Shown in pieces: positions 8,933 through 17,376 of a stretch of DNA of 32,000 nt. Position 1 is the first letter of the stretch; every line of letters begins with the position of its first letter. This stretch comes from an uncultured Gemmatimonadaceae bacterium (GTDB lineage: Bacteria > Gemmatimonadota > Gemmatimonadetes > Gemmatimonadales > Gemmatimonadaceae). Position numbers and translations under genes: made by a program. The notes beneath the pieces were generated by a model. That model did no database searches. It had not been told where the DNA came from and was given only the letters and a program-made list of their open reading frames with translations. Location of the stretch: positions 183,864-215,863 of the forward strand of contig CAVTUD010000002.1 of NCBI GenBank assembly GCA_963737845.1, in the 5' to 3' direction.

Positions 8933-11724
8933 GCGGCCGCACTCGCCGCGTTGATCGCCGCGCGCACGATCTGTGGCGCCGCGCCGAGAGCACGCGGCAG
9001 AGCACTCGCATCGGGCAATCCAGCCTGCGCCATGTGCGACTTTCCGCCGCCGCGCCCGCCGGCCGCCGCTGCTATCTCGCGCACGATCGCATCCGCCGCC
9101 ACGCCTCGCGCCTTGAGGTCGTCGGTGACCACGACGAGTACCATGGTCTTTCCGTCGCCGAGCGACGAACCTACCACCGCCACGCCCGATCCGAGCTGCT
9201 CGCGGATCGCATCGCCGAGCGATTGAAGTTCCTTGCCGTCGGCGGCGCTGGCGGTATCGCAGATCACGCGGTGCCCTTGGAAATTCGACGCGCCCGAGAG
9301 GAGTTTCGCCACCTCGTCGCCCCCACCCTTCCGCGCCTCATCGAGCTGCTTCTGCATCGCGCGCAGATCATCGCGCAGCGTCGCGACGCGCTTCTCGATC
9401 GCGTCCGGCGGCGCCTTGAGCAGTTCCGCGAGCCGCGACAATCGCTGCTCTTCCGCGCGGACGAGTTCGTACGCCTTGGGACCGGTCACCGCTTCAATGC
9501 GGCGCACGCCCGCGGCCACGCCGCTCTCGCTGACGATCTTGAACAGCGCGATCTGCCCGGTGTTCCGCGCGTGCGTGCCGCCGCAGAGTTCCTTCGATAC
9601 GCCGGGAACGCTCACGACGCGCACCACATCGCCGTATTTCTCGCCGAAGAGCGCCATCGCGCCGCTCGCGACTGCCGCCTTGTACGGCTTCTCCTCTGTG
9701 AGCACATCAATGTCGTCCCAGATCGCGCGGTTCACACGCAATTCGATCTCGGATTGCTCAGCGGGCTTCACCGGACCGTGGTGCGTGAAATCGAATCGCA
9801 ACCGATCGGGCTCCACGAGCGAGCCCTGCTGGTGCACGTGCTCGCCGAGCACTTCGCGCAACGCGGCGTGCAAGAGATGCGTCGCGGTGTGATTGCGCTC
9901 CGTGTCCCGCCGCACGTCGGCGGGCACTCGCGCGTGCACGGCGCCGAACGCGAACGTGCCGGTGAGACGACCCGCGGTCACCGTGCGCCCTTCGATCTTG
10001 CGCACGTCGTCCACATCCACGCGCCAACCCTGCCCCACGATCTCTCCCTTGTCCGAGATCTGGCCCCCGGACACGGCGTAGAATGGCGTCTCGCGCAGGA
10101 TCAGCGCGATGCGCCCGCCGTCGAGCCGGCGCACCGCCTCGACGGCGGTCTCCGAATTCGTATTGCCGTAGCCGACGAACGCAGAATGCACGTCGCCCTT
10201 CGCCCCAGGCGCACGCTCCCAGCCGGCGAGCCCGCCCTCGGCGAGCGTATCCGTCGCGACCTTGATCTCGCGCGTCTTGCGCTCCTCGCGGCTCTGGTCG
10301 CGCTGCGCCGCGAGCGCGCGCTCGAATCCGGAGATGTCCACCGTGTAGCCGCGCTCGCGCGCCATGAGTTCGGTGAGATCGATCGGGAAGCCGTACGTGT
10401 CGTAGAGCTTGAACGCATCTTCGCCGGAGATCGTGCCGCGGATCGCGAGCGAGCCCTGCGTGCTCTGCGCCGGTGCGAGCTGCTCGAACTTGAGCATGCC
10501 GCCTTCGATCGTCGCGAGGAACCGCTCCTCTTCGGCGCGCGTGGTGTCGGTGATGAGCTTGGCGCGGTGCTGCAATTCAGGGAATGCGCCGCCCATCGTC
10601 TCGATCACTTTCGCGACGACATGCACGAGCGTCGGCTCCGTGCGGCCGAGCAGGAACGCGTGGCGCACCGCGCGGCGAAGGATGCGGCGCAGCACATAGC
10701 CGCGGCCATCGTTCGCCGGGAAGACGCCGTCGCCGATGAGGAACGCCACCGCGCGCGCGTGATCGGCGATCACGCGGTAGGAGGCGGGGTCGAGGTCGTT
10801 CGTCGCTTTCTTGGTGCCGCCCTGGATGGGTGTGCCCTTCGGCTTCTTCGCGTCGGTCGTGCGGCCCCAGTACTCGAGGCCGACCGCTTTCGAGACCTCG
10901 TCAATGAGCGGCGCGAAAAGGTCCGTGTGATAGTTGTTCGTCTCCTTCTGCATCACGGCCGCAATGCGCTCGAGCCCCGCACCGGTATCCACGCTCGGCT
11001 TCGGCAGCGGCTTGAGCACGCCATCCGGCTGACGGTCGTACTGCATGAACACGAGATTCCAGATCTCGAGGAAGCGGCCGGCTTCCGCGCCTTCCACGAA
11101 CGCATCCTGCGAGAATTCCGCGCGCTTCACATCGGTCCATTCGCCCTTAGCACCCTCGGGGAAACGCCAATCCTTCGCGACGCGCGCGAGATCCACATAG
11201 ATCTCGCTGCACGGTCCGCATGGCCCAGTGTCCGCCATCTGCCAGAAGTTGTCGCGCTCGCCGAGGCCGTAGATGCGCGAGTCGGGAAGCTTCGCGATCT
11301 CCTTCCAGAGCTTGCGTGCTTCATCGTCCTCGTGGTAGACCGTGACCCAGAGGAGATCCTGGTCGATGCCAAGATCCTTGGTGACGAACTCCCACGCGAA
11401 CTTGATCGCGTCGCGCTTGAAGTAGTCGCCGAAGGAGAAATTCCCGAGCATCTCGAAGAACGTGTGGTGGCGCGCCGTGTGCCCCACCTGCTCGAGATCG
11501 TTGTGCTTCCCGCCCGCGCGCACGCACTTCTGCGACGTGGTCGCCCGCTTGCCGAACGGCGACGGTTCCTGCCCGAGGAAGATCCGCTTGAACGGCACCA
11601 TCCCGGCGTTCGTGAAGAGCAGCGTCGGATCATCGGCGGGCACGAGCGAGCTCGACGGCCGCGGAACGTGGCCGTTCTTCTCGAAGAAATTCAGGAATTT
11701 CGCGCGGATCTCGGAGGCGAGCAT
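8929..11724 (-). CDS. alaS: Alanine--tRNA ligase
   Basis: Intact 931-aa ORF. FTNAGMVPFK, HHTFFEMLGNFSFGDYFK, editing-domain HTATHLLHAAL and CGGTH, and C-terminal DHHA1 GGRGGGKSHMAQAG. Confidence 0.97.
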   Translation of the reverse strand: MLASEIRAKFLNFFEKNGHVPRPSSSLVPADDPTLLFTNAGMVPFKRIFLGQEPSPFGKRATTSQKCVRAGGKHNDLEQVGHTARHHTFFEMLGNFSFGDYFKRDAIKFAWEFVTKDLGIDQDLLWVTVYHEDDEARKLWKEIAKLPDSRIYGLGERDNFWQMADTGPCGPCSEIYVDLARVAKDWRFPEGAKGEWTDVKRAEFSQDAFVEGAEAGRFLEIWNLVFMQYDRQPDGVLKPLPKPSVDTGAGLERIAAVMQKETNNYHTDLFAPLIDEVSKAVGLEYWGRTTDAKKPKGTPIQGGTKKATNDLDPASYRVIADHARAVAFLIGDGVFPANDGRGYVLRRILRRAVRHAFLLGRTEPTLVHVVAKVIETMGGAFPELQHRAKLITDTTRAEEERFLATIEGGMLKFEQLAPAQSTQGSLAIRGTISGEDAFKLYDTYGFPIDLTELMARERGYTVDISGFERALAAQRDQSREERKTREIKVATDTLAEGGLAGWERAPGAKGDVHSAFVGYGNTNSETAVEAVRRLDGGRIALILRETPFYAVSGGQISDKGEIVGQGWRVDVDDVRKIEGRTVTAGRLTGTFAFGAVHARVPADVRRDTERNHTATHLLHAALREVLGEHVHQQGSLVEPDRLRFDFTHHGPVKPAEQSEIELRVNRAIWDDIDVLTEEKPYKAAVASGAMALFGEKYGDVVRVVSVPGVSKELCGGTHARNTGQIALFKIVSESGVAAGVRRIEAVTGPKAYELVRAEEQRLSRLAELLKAPPDAIEKRVATLRDDLRAMQKQLDEARKGGGDEVAKLLSGASNFQGHRVICDTASAADGKELQSLGDAIREQLGSGVAVVGSSLGDGKTMVLVVVTDDLKARGVAADAIVREIAAAAGGRGGGKSHMAQAGLPDASALPRALGAAPQIVRAAINAASAAA

Positions 11725-11772
11725 GGGCGGAATATACTATGAACGGCGGGGCTCGGCGCTCGGCGCTAGGCG

Positions 11773-12470
11773 CTAGCCAACACCCTTGAGCGCGCTGCGA
11801 ATCTCGTCGGGTTCGTAGCCACGGCGCGCGAGGAATCCGTAGAGACGGCGGCGCTTCGTTGGCGCGTCGAGCTTCGACATCGAGCGGAGCTTCTTCGCCA
11901 CGACACCGGCCAGTGCCTCGGCCGGATCGATGCGCTCCTCTTCGCGCACCTCCTCGATCGCGGCCGAGATCGCCTCGCGCGGAACGCCCCGTCGCGCCAA
12001 TTCGGACTGGATTCGCCTGATCCCCTCGACGCGACATACGCATGCGCACGAACTGGCGCGCGAACACCTCGTCGTTGAGTGCGCCGAGCGCCACAAGCCG
12101 CGCGACGGCGGCGTCCACGAGCGGCTCAGCCTCCTTCTTCCGAATGAGAGCCATCCGGAGTTCACGCTCGGCGTACGCGCGCACGGCGAGCATCGCCAGC
12201 GCCCGGTCGAACACTCGTAGGGCCTCAGCTTCCGCCGCCAGCGCGCACCGCGAGCGACTCGCTCCACTCGTCGCCTAGGTGGAGCGCGAGGCGCGCGATG
12301 CTGTCCACCGAGAGCAGCGCGGCCCGCCTCCCGTCCACGAGCACGTCGAACCTGCCCGGCCGGCGGCCGGACTCGGAGATCTCGGTGATGCGAGCATCCG
12401 GCCCGAACGATTCGGGTTCGTCGCGCGCGGAAAAGCGCCGAGTGTGGGGCTGGCGGGACCGGGACCTCAT
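11773..12470 (-). pseudogene. recX: Recombination regulator RecX, split over three frames by indels near 12230 and near 12023
   Basis: The N-terminus ITEISESGRRPGRFDVLVDGRRAALLSVDSIARLAL is in ORF 12225..12500. The middle FDRALAMLAVRAYAERELRMAL..NDEVFARQFV is in ORF 11630..12214. The C-terminus IRRIQSELARRGVPREAISAAIEEV..RRLYGFLARRGYEPDEIRSAL is in ORF 11773..12267. It sits in the classical recA-recX-alaS order. ATG at 12470, GTG at 12500 as alternative. Confidence 0.8.
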
Positions 12471-12535
12471 CAGGTTGACCGCGTCCACGCGCCGTTCCAC
12501 TCGACGCTCTTCATCGTGCCAGCCGCAACGGCCCG

Positions 12536-13581
12536 TTACTCCTCCGTCGGCGATTCCTCAGCGGCTTCGATCGCCTTGATCCCGAGAATGCCTTTCACCT
12601 TCTCTTCCACTTCAGCCATCATGGCGGGGTTGTCCTTGAGGAACATCTTCGCGTTCTCTCGGCCCTGCCCGATGCGCTGATTGCCGTAGCTGTACCACGC
12701 GCCCGACTTCTCGATGATGCCGGCCTCGGCGCCGATGTCGACGAGGAGCGACGGTGTGGCTGATCCCTTCGGCGAACATGATGTCGAACTCAGCTTGCTT
12801 GAACGGCGGCGCGACCTTGTTCTTCACGACCTTCACGCGCACGTGCGAGCCGATCACGTCTTCCTTCTCTTTGACGGGCCCGATGCGGCGGATGTCGAGG
12901 CGAAGCGACGCGTAGAACTTGAGCGCCTTGCCGCCGGTGGTCGTCTCGGGGCTGCCGAACATGACGCCGATCTTCTCGCGCAGCTGATTGATGAAGATCA
13001 CCGACGTCTTGGAGCGGGCGATGGCGCCGGTGAGCTTCCGCAGCGCCTGGCTCATGAGCCGCGCCTGCAGCCCCATGTGCGACTCGCCCATCTCGCCCTC
13101 GATCTCGGCTTTCGGCACGAGTGCCGCCACCGAGTCGACGACGATCACGTCCACTGCGCCCGAGCGCACGAGGATCTCGCAGATCTCGAGCGCCTGCTCG
13201 CCGGTGTCGGGCTGCGAGACGAGGAGATTCTCGACATCCACGCCGAGCTTGCGCGGCGTACTCCGTGTCGAGCGCATGCTCGGCGTCGATGAAGGCGGCG
13301 ACCCCGCCGGCCTTCTGGGCGTTGGCCACGACGTGGAGACAGAGCGTGGTCTTGCCGCTGGATTCCGGGCCGTAGATCTCGGTGACGCGGCCGCGGGGGA
13401 TGCCGCCGATGCCGATGGCGGCATCGAGATTGATGGCGCCGGTCGGGATGCACTCGAGCCGGACCCTCGGGGTGTCGGCGCCCATCCGCATGATGGAGCC
13501 CTTGCCGCAGCTCTTCTCGATCTGGGATATGGCCAGAACGAGGGCCTTCTTCTTGTCGTCCTGCATCGTGGAGACCGCCAT
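12536..13581 (-). pseudogene. recA: Recombinase RecA, split over three frames by indels near 13255 and near 12752
   Basis: ORF 12790..13581 gives [31 protein letters not shown] (Walker A)..[16 protein letters not shown] 12612..13424 gives [60 protein letters not shown]. The third frame gives [41 protein letters not shown], ending at TAA 12536-12538. Confidence 0.92.
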
Positions 13582-13630
13582 GGCTCGCCTACCCCCGATT
13601 TCGCGTGAAAGTGCTCATATGAGCCGCCCA

Positions 13631-13656
13631 GAACCCGACCCGAACAAAGTACGAAC
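13631..13656 (-). promoter_or_regulatory. Candidate LexA/SOS operator: three direct GTTC repeats spaced by 7 nt, in the recA 5' region
   Basis: The plus strand reads GAAC(13631-34)-ccgaccc-GAAC(13642-45)-aaagtac-GAAC(13653-56). On the recA-sense strand this is GTTC-N7-GTTC-N7-GTTC, 50-75 nt upstream of the recA ATG at 13581. Confidence 0.35.
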
Positions 13657-13670
13657 CTACCCCGCTCCCG

Positions 13671-14045
13671 TCAATGGCCACTTCGCAGGTCGAAGGCGGA
13701 GGGGACATGCCGGATCTTCGCCCGCCCCTCCGTCACGATGACCCCGACCACGTCGAACCGATAGACCCAATTCGGGGCGCCATACCGGTCCATCCATACT
13801 AAGGCGGACCGGACCAGCTCCCGCTGCTTTTTCCAATGTACGGCCTCGACCGGGTCCCCGAAGCCGAGCCGGCTGCGGGCTTTGACCTCGACGAAGGCGA
13901 CGACGCCATCGCGCTCCATCACGAGGTCGAGGTCCCGGTGCCCGCTGCGGACCCGCCGGCCCAGAGTGCGCCATCCCTGCTCCGCGAGCCACCGCTCCGC
14001 GATCCGTTCGCCCATGATCCCCAGCCGCTGAGTGTCTGCTGACAT
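13671..14045 (-). CDS. yraN: YraN family (UPF0102) predicted endonuclease
   Basis: MSADTQRLGIMGERIAERWLAEQGW..DLDLV..VAFVEVKAR..RFDVVGV shows the PD-(D/E)xK-like pattern of UPF0102. ATG at 14045. The upstream part of ORF 13671..14207 is an artefact of the palindrome. Confidence 0.8.
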   Translation of the reverse strand: MSADTQRLGIMGERIAERWLAEQGWRTLGRRVRSGHRDLDLVMERDGVVAFVEVKARSRLGFGDPVEAVHWKKQRELVRSALVWMDRYGAPNWVYRFDVVGVIVTEGRAKIRHVPSAFDLRSGH

Positions 14046-14103
14046 GGGCCGAACATACATGGGGTTGAGATTTCTCTGGCACCGAAGCATTGCACGCGGC
14101 ATC

Positions 14104-14311
14104 AAAACGGCGCGTGTGACACCGCTGACGGCGTGTGTGACGACGCTGACGGCGACTGTGACGTGTGAGACGTGTAGCAACGACGCCGCAGTTGCCACAC
14201 GTCTCACACGTCACACGCCCCCAGCGGTGTCACACACGCCGTCAGCGGTGTCACAGCGCGCCGTTCAGCGGTGTCACACACGCCGTTAGCGGTGTCACAC
14301 GCGCCGTTCGC
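14104..14311. repeat. Compound palindrome plus a tandem ~21-bp repeat array. Likely acts as the ftsK terminator or is a REP-like element.
   Basis: Inner perfect 19-bp inverted repeat: 14157-14175 / 14197-14215, with a 21-nt loop. Outer perfect 27-bp inverted repeat: 14115-14141 / 14229-14255. AGCGGTGTCACA occurs at 14223, 14244, 14267 and 14288. Inverted copies TGTGAC(ACCGCT) start at 14115, 14136 and 14157. A TTTT run on the minus strand (plus 14104-14107) follows the outer stem. Confidence 0.85.
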
Positions 14312-16626
14312 TCAGCTGCCTTTGGGCCCCGCGATCCGCTCGAGCTCCTCGAACCCCACGAGAATATCCCGCGGCTTCGAGCCGTCCGGCGGCCCAAGAA
14401 TACCCGCTTCCTGCAGCTGGTCGATCAATCGCGCCGCGCGCCCGTAGCCCACCTTCAGCCGCCGCTGCAGCAACGATGTCGACCCACCCTGATTCTGAAT
14501 GCACGCCTCCGCCGCCTCGCGGAACAGCTTGTCCCGCTCGCTCGGATCGCCGATCTCGCCACCTTCGCCCGCCGCCGCCTCGGCCTCGCGCTTCCGCATC
14601 TCCTCGAGGATGTCCGCCTCGGCGCGCGGCTCCTCGGGCAGCAAGCCCTGCTTCGCGAGTTCTGCCTTCCGTTCGGCCGCGCGATCGCCGTACCACTTGA
14701 GCAGACGCTCGGTGTCCTCGCTCGTGATGAGCGCACCCTGGATGCGACTCAGGTCGCTCTTGCCCGGCGGGATGAACAGCATGTCGCCGTTCCCCAGCAG
14801 CGACTCGGCGCCCATGCCGTCGATGATCGTACGGCTGTCGACTTGCGACGCCACGCGGAACGCGATGCGGCTCGGGAAATTCGCCTTGATGAGTCCCGTG
14901 ATCACGTTCACGCTCGGCCGCTGCGTCGCGAGGATGAGGTGGATGCCGATCGCGCGCGCCTTCTGCGCGAGCATCGCGAGCGGCGTCTCCACTTCGCTCT
15001 GGACTGTCATCATGAGGTCGGCCAGCTCGTCGATCACGATCACGATGTACGGCAGCTCGCCGTCGGTGTAGTCGCGCGCCTCGAAGGCGACGTTCGGCTG
15101 TTTGGGCCAGCGCATCGGCGTCTTGCTCTTGAGCCGCTTGTTGAATTCCTGAATGTTGCGGCAGCCATTCTCCGCGCACAGCTCGTAGCGCTGCTGCATC
15201 TCGATCAGCGCCCACTTCAGCACGCTCGCCGCGTCGCGATTGTCGGTGATCACCTTGTGGCGCAGGTGCGGCAGCTTGTTGTACACCGACAGCTCGACCA
15301 TCTTCGGATCCACCATCAGGAATCGCAGCGTGCGCGGCGTGTGCCGGTAGACGAGGCTCGTGATGATGGTGTTCACGCACACGGATTTCCCCGAGCCCGT
15401 CGCGCCCGCGATCAACAGGTGCGGCATCTTCGCGAGGTCGGCGATCACCGGCTTCCCCTCGAGATCCTTGCCGAGCGCGATCGGCAGCGCCGCGCGCGCC
15501 TTCGTGAACTCGTCGCTCTCGATGAGTTCACGCAGCGCGACGATCTCGGCCGTCGGGTTCGGCACTTCCACGCCCACCGCGCCGCGGCCCGGGATCGGCG
15601 CCACGATGCGGATGCTCTGCGCCTTCATCGCCAGCGCGAGGTCGTTCGCGAGGTTCGCGATCTGCCGCACCTTCACGCCCGGCGCCGGCTCGATCTCGAA
15701 CTGCGTGACGACCGGCCCCGACGTGTGCGGGCCAAGCTCGCCGTCCACGTTGAACGATGCGGAGCGTCGTCCATGAGCTTGTCGCCCAGTCGCGTCGAGC
15801 TCGCGCTCTCCTCCTCGGCGTGATCGCGCGAGCGCGCGGCGTCGAGCAGCGTCGGCGGCGGCAGTTCGTCGTCGGCCTCCGGCACGTGCGCATCGATCGC
15901 CGCGGCGATGCGCTCATCGTGCTCGGCGGTGAGTTCGGCCTTGCTCTTCTTTTTCTTCTTCTCAACCGGCGGCTCTTCGTCGAAGAACCTGGGCGACGGC
16001 TCGATCGCCGGCAGCTCCTCCGGCGCCGGCTCAAGCCCGTTGTCCTTCCGACGCTTCTTCTTCGACGGCGCCTCCTCCTCCACGATGACCGGCACCGCCG
16101 CCGACGGCCGCGGAATGAGCCCCAAGAGCACCCGGATCGGATTGAGCGCGATGGTCGCGAACGCGACGATGCTCACCATCGCCGCGAGCACGAACCACGC
16201 ACCCGCCTTGAACCACTTGTCGAGGTAGAAGCTCCAGAAGCTGCCCCAGTAGCCGCTCAGATTGCTCGGCACACGGCCGGCCACGCGTTCTCGGCGAGGC
16301 CGAGCCCGATCGGCAGGAGCAGCACGAGGCCGAAGAAGAATCGGAACCAGGAACGGTTCGACTCGGCCTTCATATGCCCGAAGTGCTGCAGCGCCCAAAT
16401 GCGCGGGCGTGAGGGCGAGCAGCACGGTGGCCGGCAAGCCGAAGATCTGAACGAAGAACGAACGCAGGCAGTAGCCGGCCGGCCCCATGCCGCCGGGCTC
16501 GTTGTAGCACGCCGCGGTCGGGAATTGGCCGGGACCGATGAGGATCGCCGCGAGGGCCAGCAGGCTGAGCATCAGGAGCCCGATCGCGAGATACTCGCGC
16601 CGCTGCTCCTTGCTCCACATGCTCAT
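14312..16626 (-). pseudogene. ftsK: DNA translocase FtsK. One frame break near 15760, plus a hidden compensated indel pair at about 16401 and about 16271.
   Basis: The N-terminal membrane part and the acidic/K-rich linker are in ORF 15673..16626. The motor and gamma domains are in ORF 14312..15748: GPVVTQFEIEP, Walker A GATGSGKS, VIVIDELADLMM, ILATQRPSVNVITG, and wHTH STSLLQRRLKVGYGRAARLIDQLQE. Confidence 0.92.
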
Positions 16627-17376
16627 CTATCGTCCCCGCGCGGCGTCGGCCGCGCTGTATCTGGCGGTCCTGGTACACCGGCACGACCGGATAATCCGTC
16701 GATGCGCGCGCACGCCTCGAGATCGGCGCCATACCCCGCGTCGGCGAGCGCGCGTCCATGCTCGCTGTCGCCGAAGAGCCGCGCAAGGTTGTCGCCGTAG
16801 CGTTTCTCGACGAGCAGGCACGCGACGGCGGCATCGCTCAGCGCGGTGGTGGTCGCGCGGCGGCCGATCGCCTTCACGAAGCGTCCGGCGCACGCGGCGT
16901 CCTCGAGCGCGAACTGGCGGTCGCTTCCGGCGCAGATGATCGTGACATCGGCGCCCTGCTTGGTGGCGCCACGCATCGCGCGCGCGACCGCCGAGAAGTT
17001 CGCGTAGCGACCCGACGAGGACTCGCGCGCGCCCGAGAGTCCGGCGAACGCAGCGGTGCCGTTCGTCGTGGTGAACAGCACGGTCTTCCCTTCCACCTTG
17101 TCGCGCGTGTAGTCGAGCGGCGAGTTGCCCATGTCGAACCCTTCAATGGGCTGCATCTTCCGCTCGCCGCCGAGGATCACCTCGGAGCGGTCCAACGCCT
17201 TGGAGCGCGTGATCGACTTCGTCGGCGGTCTCGAGCGGCACGACGAAGCGTGCACCGTTGTGCAGCGCGGCGGCGATGGTGGTGCTGGCCCGCAGGACGT
17301 CGATGATCGCCACGGCACGTCCGCTCACGAGCGCCGGCGCCGCCACGCCCGGGCCGAAGACGACGTCGATGCGCAC
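16623..17376 (-). pseudogene. comB: 2-phosphosulfolactate phosphatase (ComB) family protein. Frame break near 17215 and a probable compensated pair near 16697 and 16660.
   Basis: The N-terminus MRIDVVFGPG..AIIDVLRASTTIAAAL..VVPLETADEV is in ORF 17143..17376. It continues as ITRSKALDRSEVILGGERKMQPIEGFDMGNSPL..IICAGSDRQFALEDAACAG in ORF 16623..17318. GTG at 17376 directly follows the accC TAG. Confidence 0.75.

Noticed and set aside
9034-11742. A 902-aa plus-strand ORF lies opposite alaS. Similar long antisense ORFs are 20243..22729 (828 aa), 28110..30401 (763 aa), 4050..6032 (660 aa), 14165..15823 (552 aa) and 7318..8778 (486 aa).
   Set aside because: These are shadow ORFs typical of very GC-rich DNA. 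Their translations are Arg/Ala/Pro/Gly-rich with no recognisable motifs. Each lies exactly opposite a gene with strong family signatures and a much better third-position G/C bias.
14104-14311. The repeat array could have been a small CRISPR array.
   Set aside because: The units are about 21 bp and directly abut with no unique spacers. Half of them are in inverted orientation, forming a palindrome. No cas genes are present in the window.
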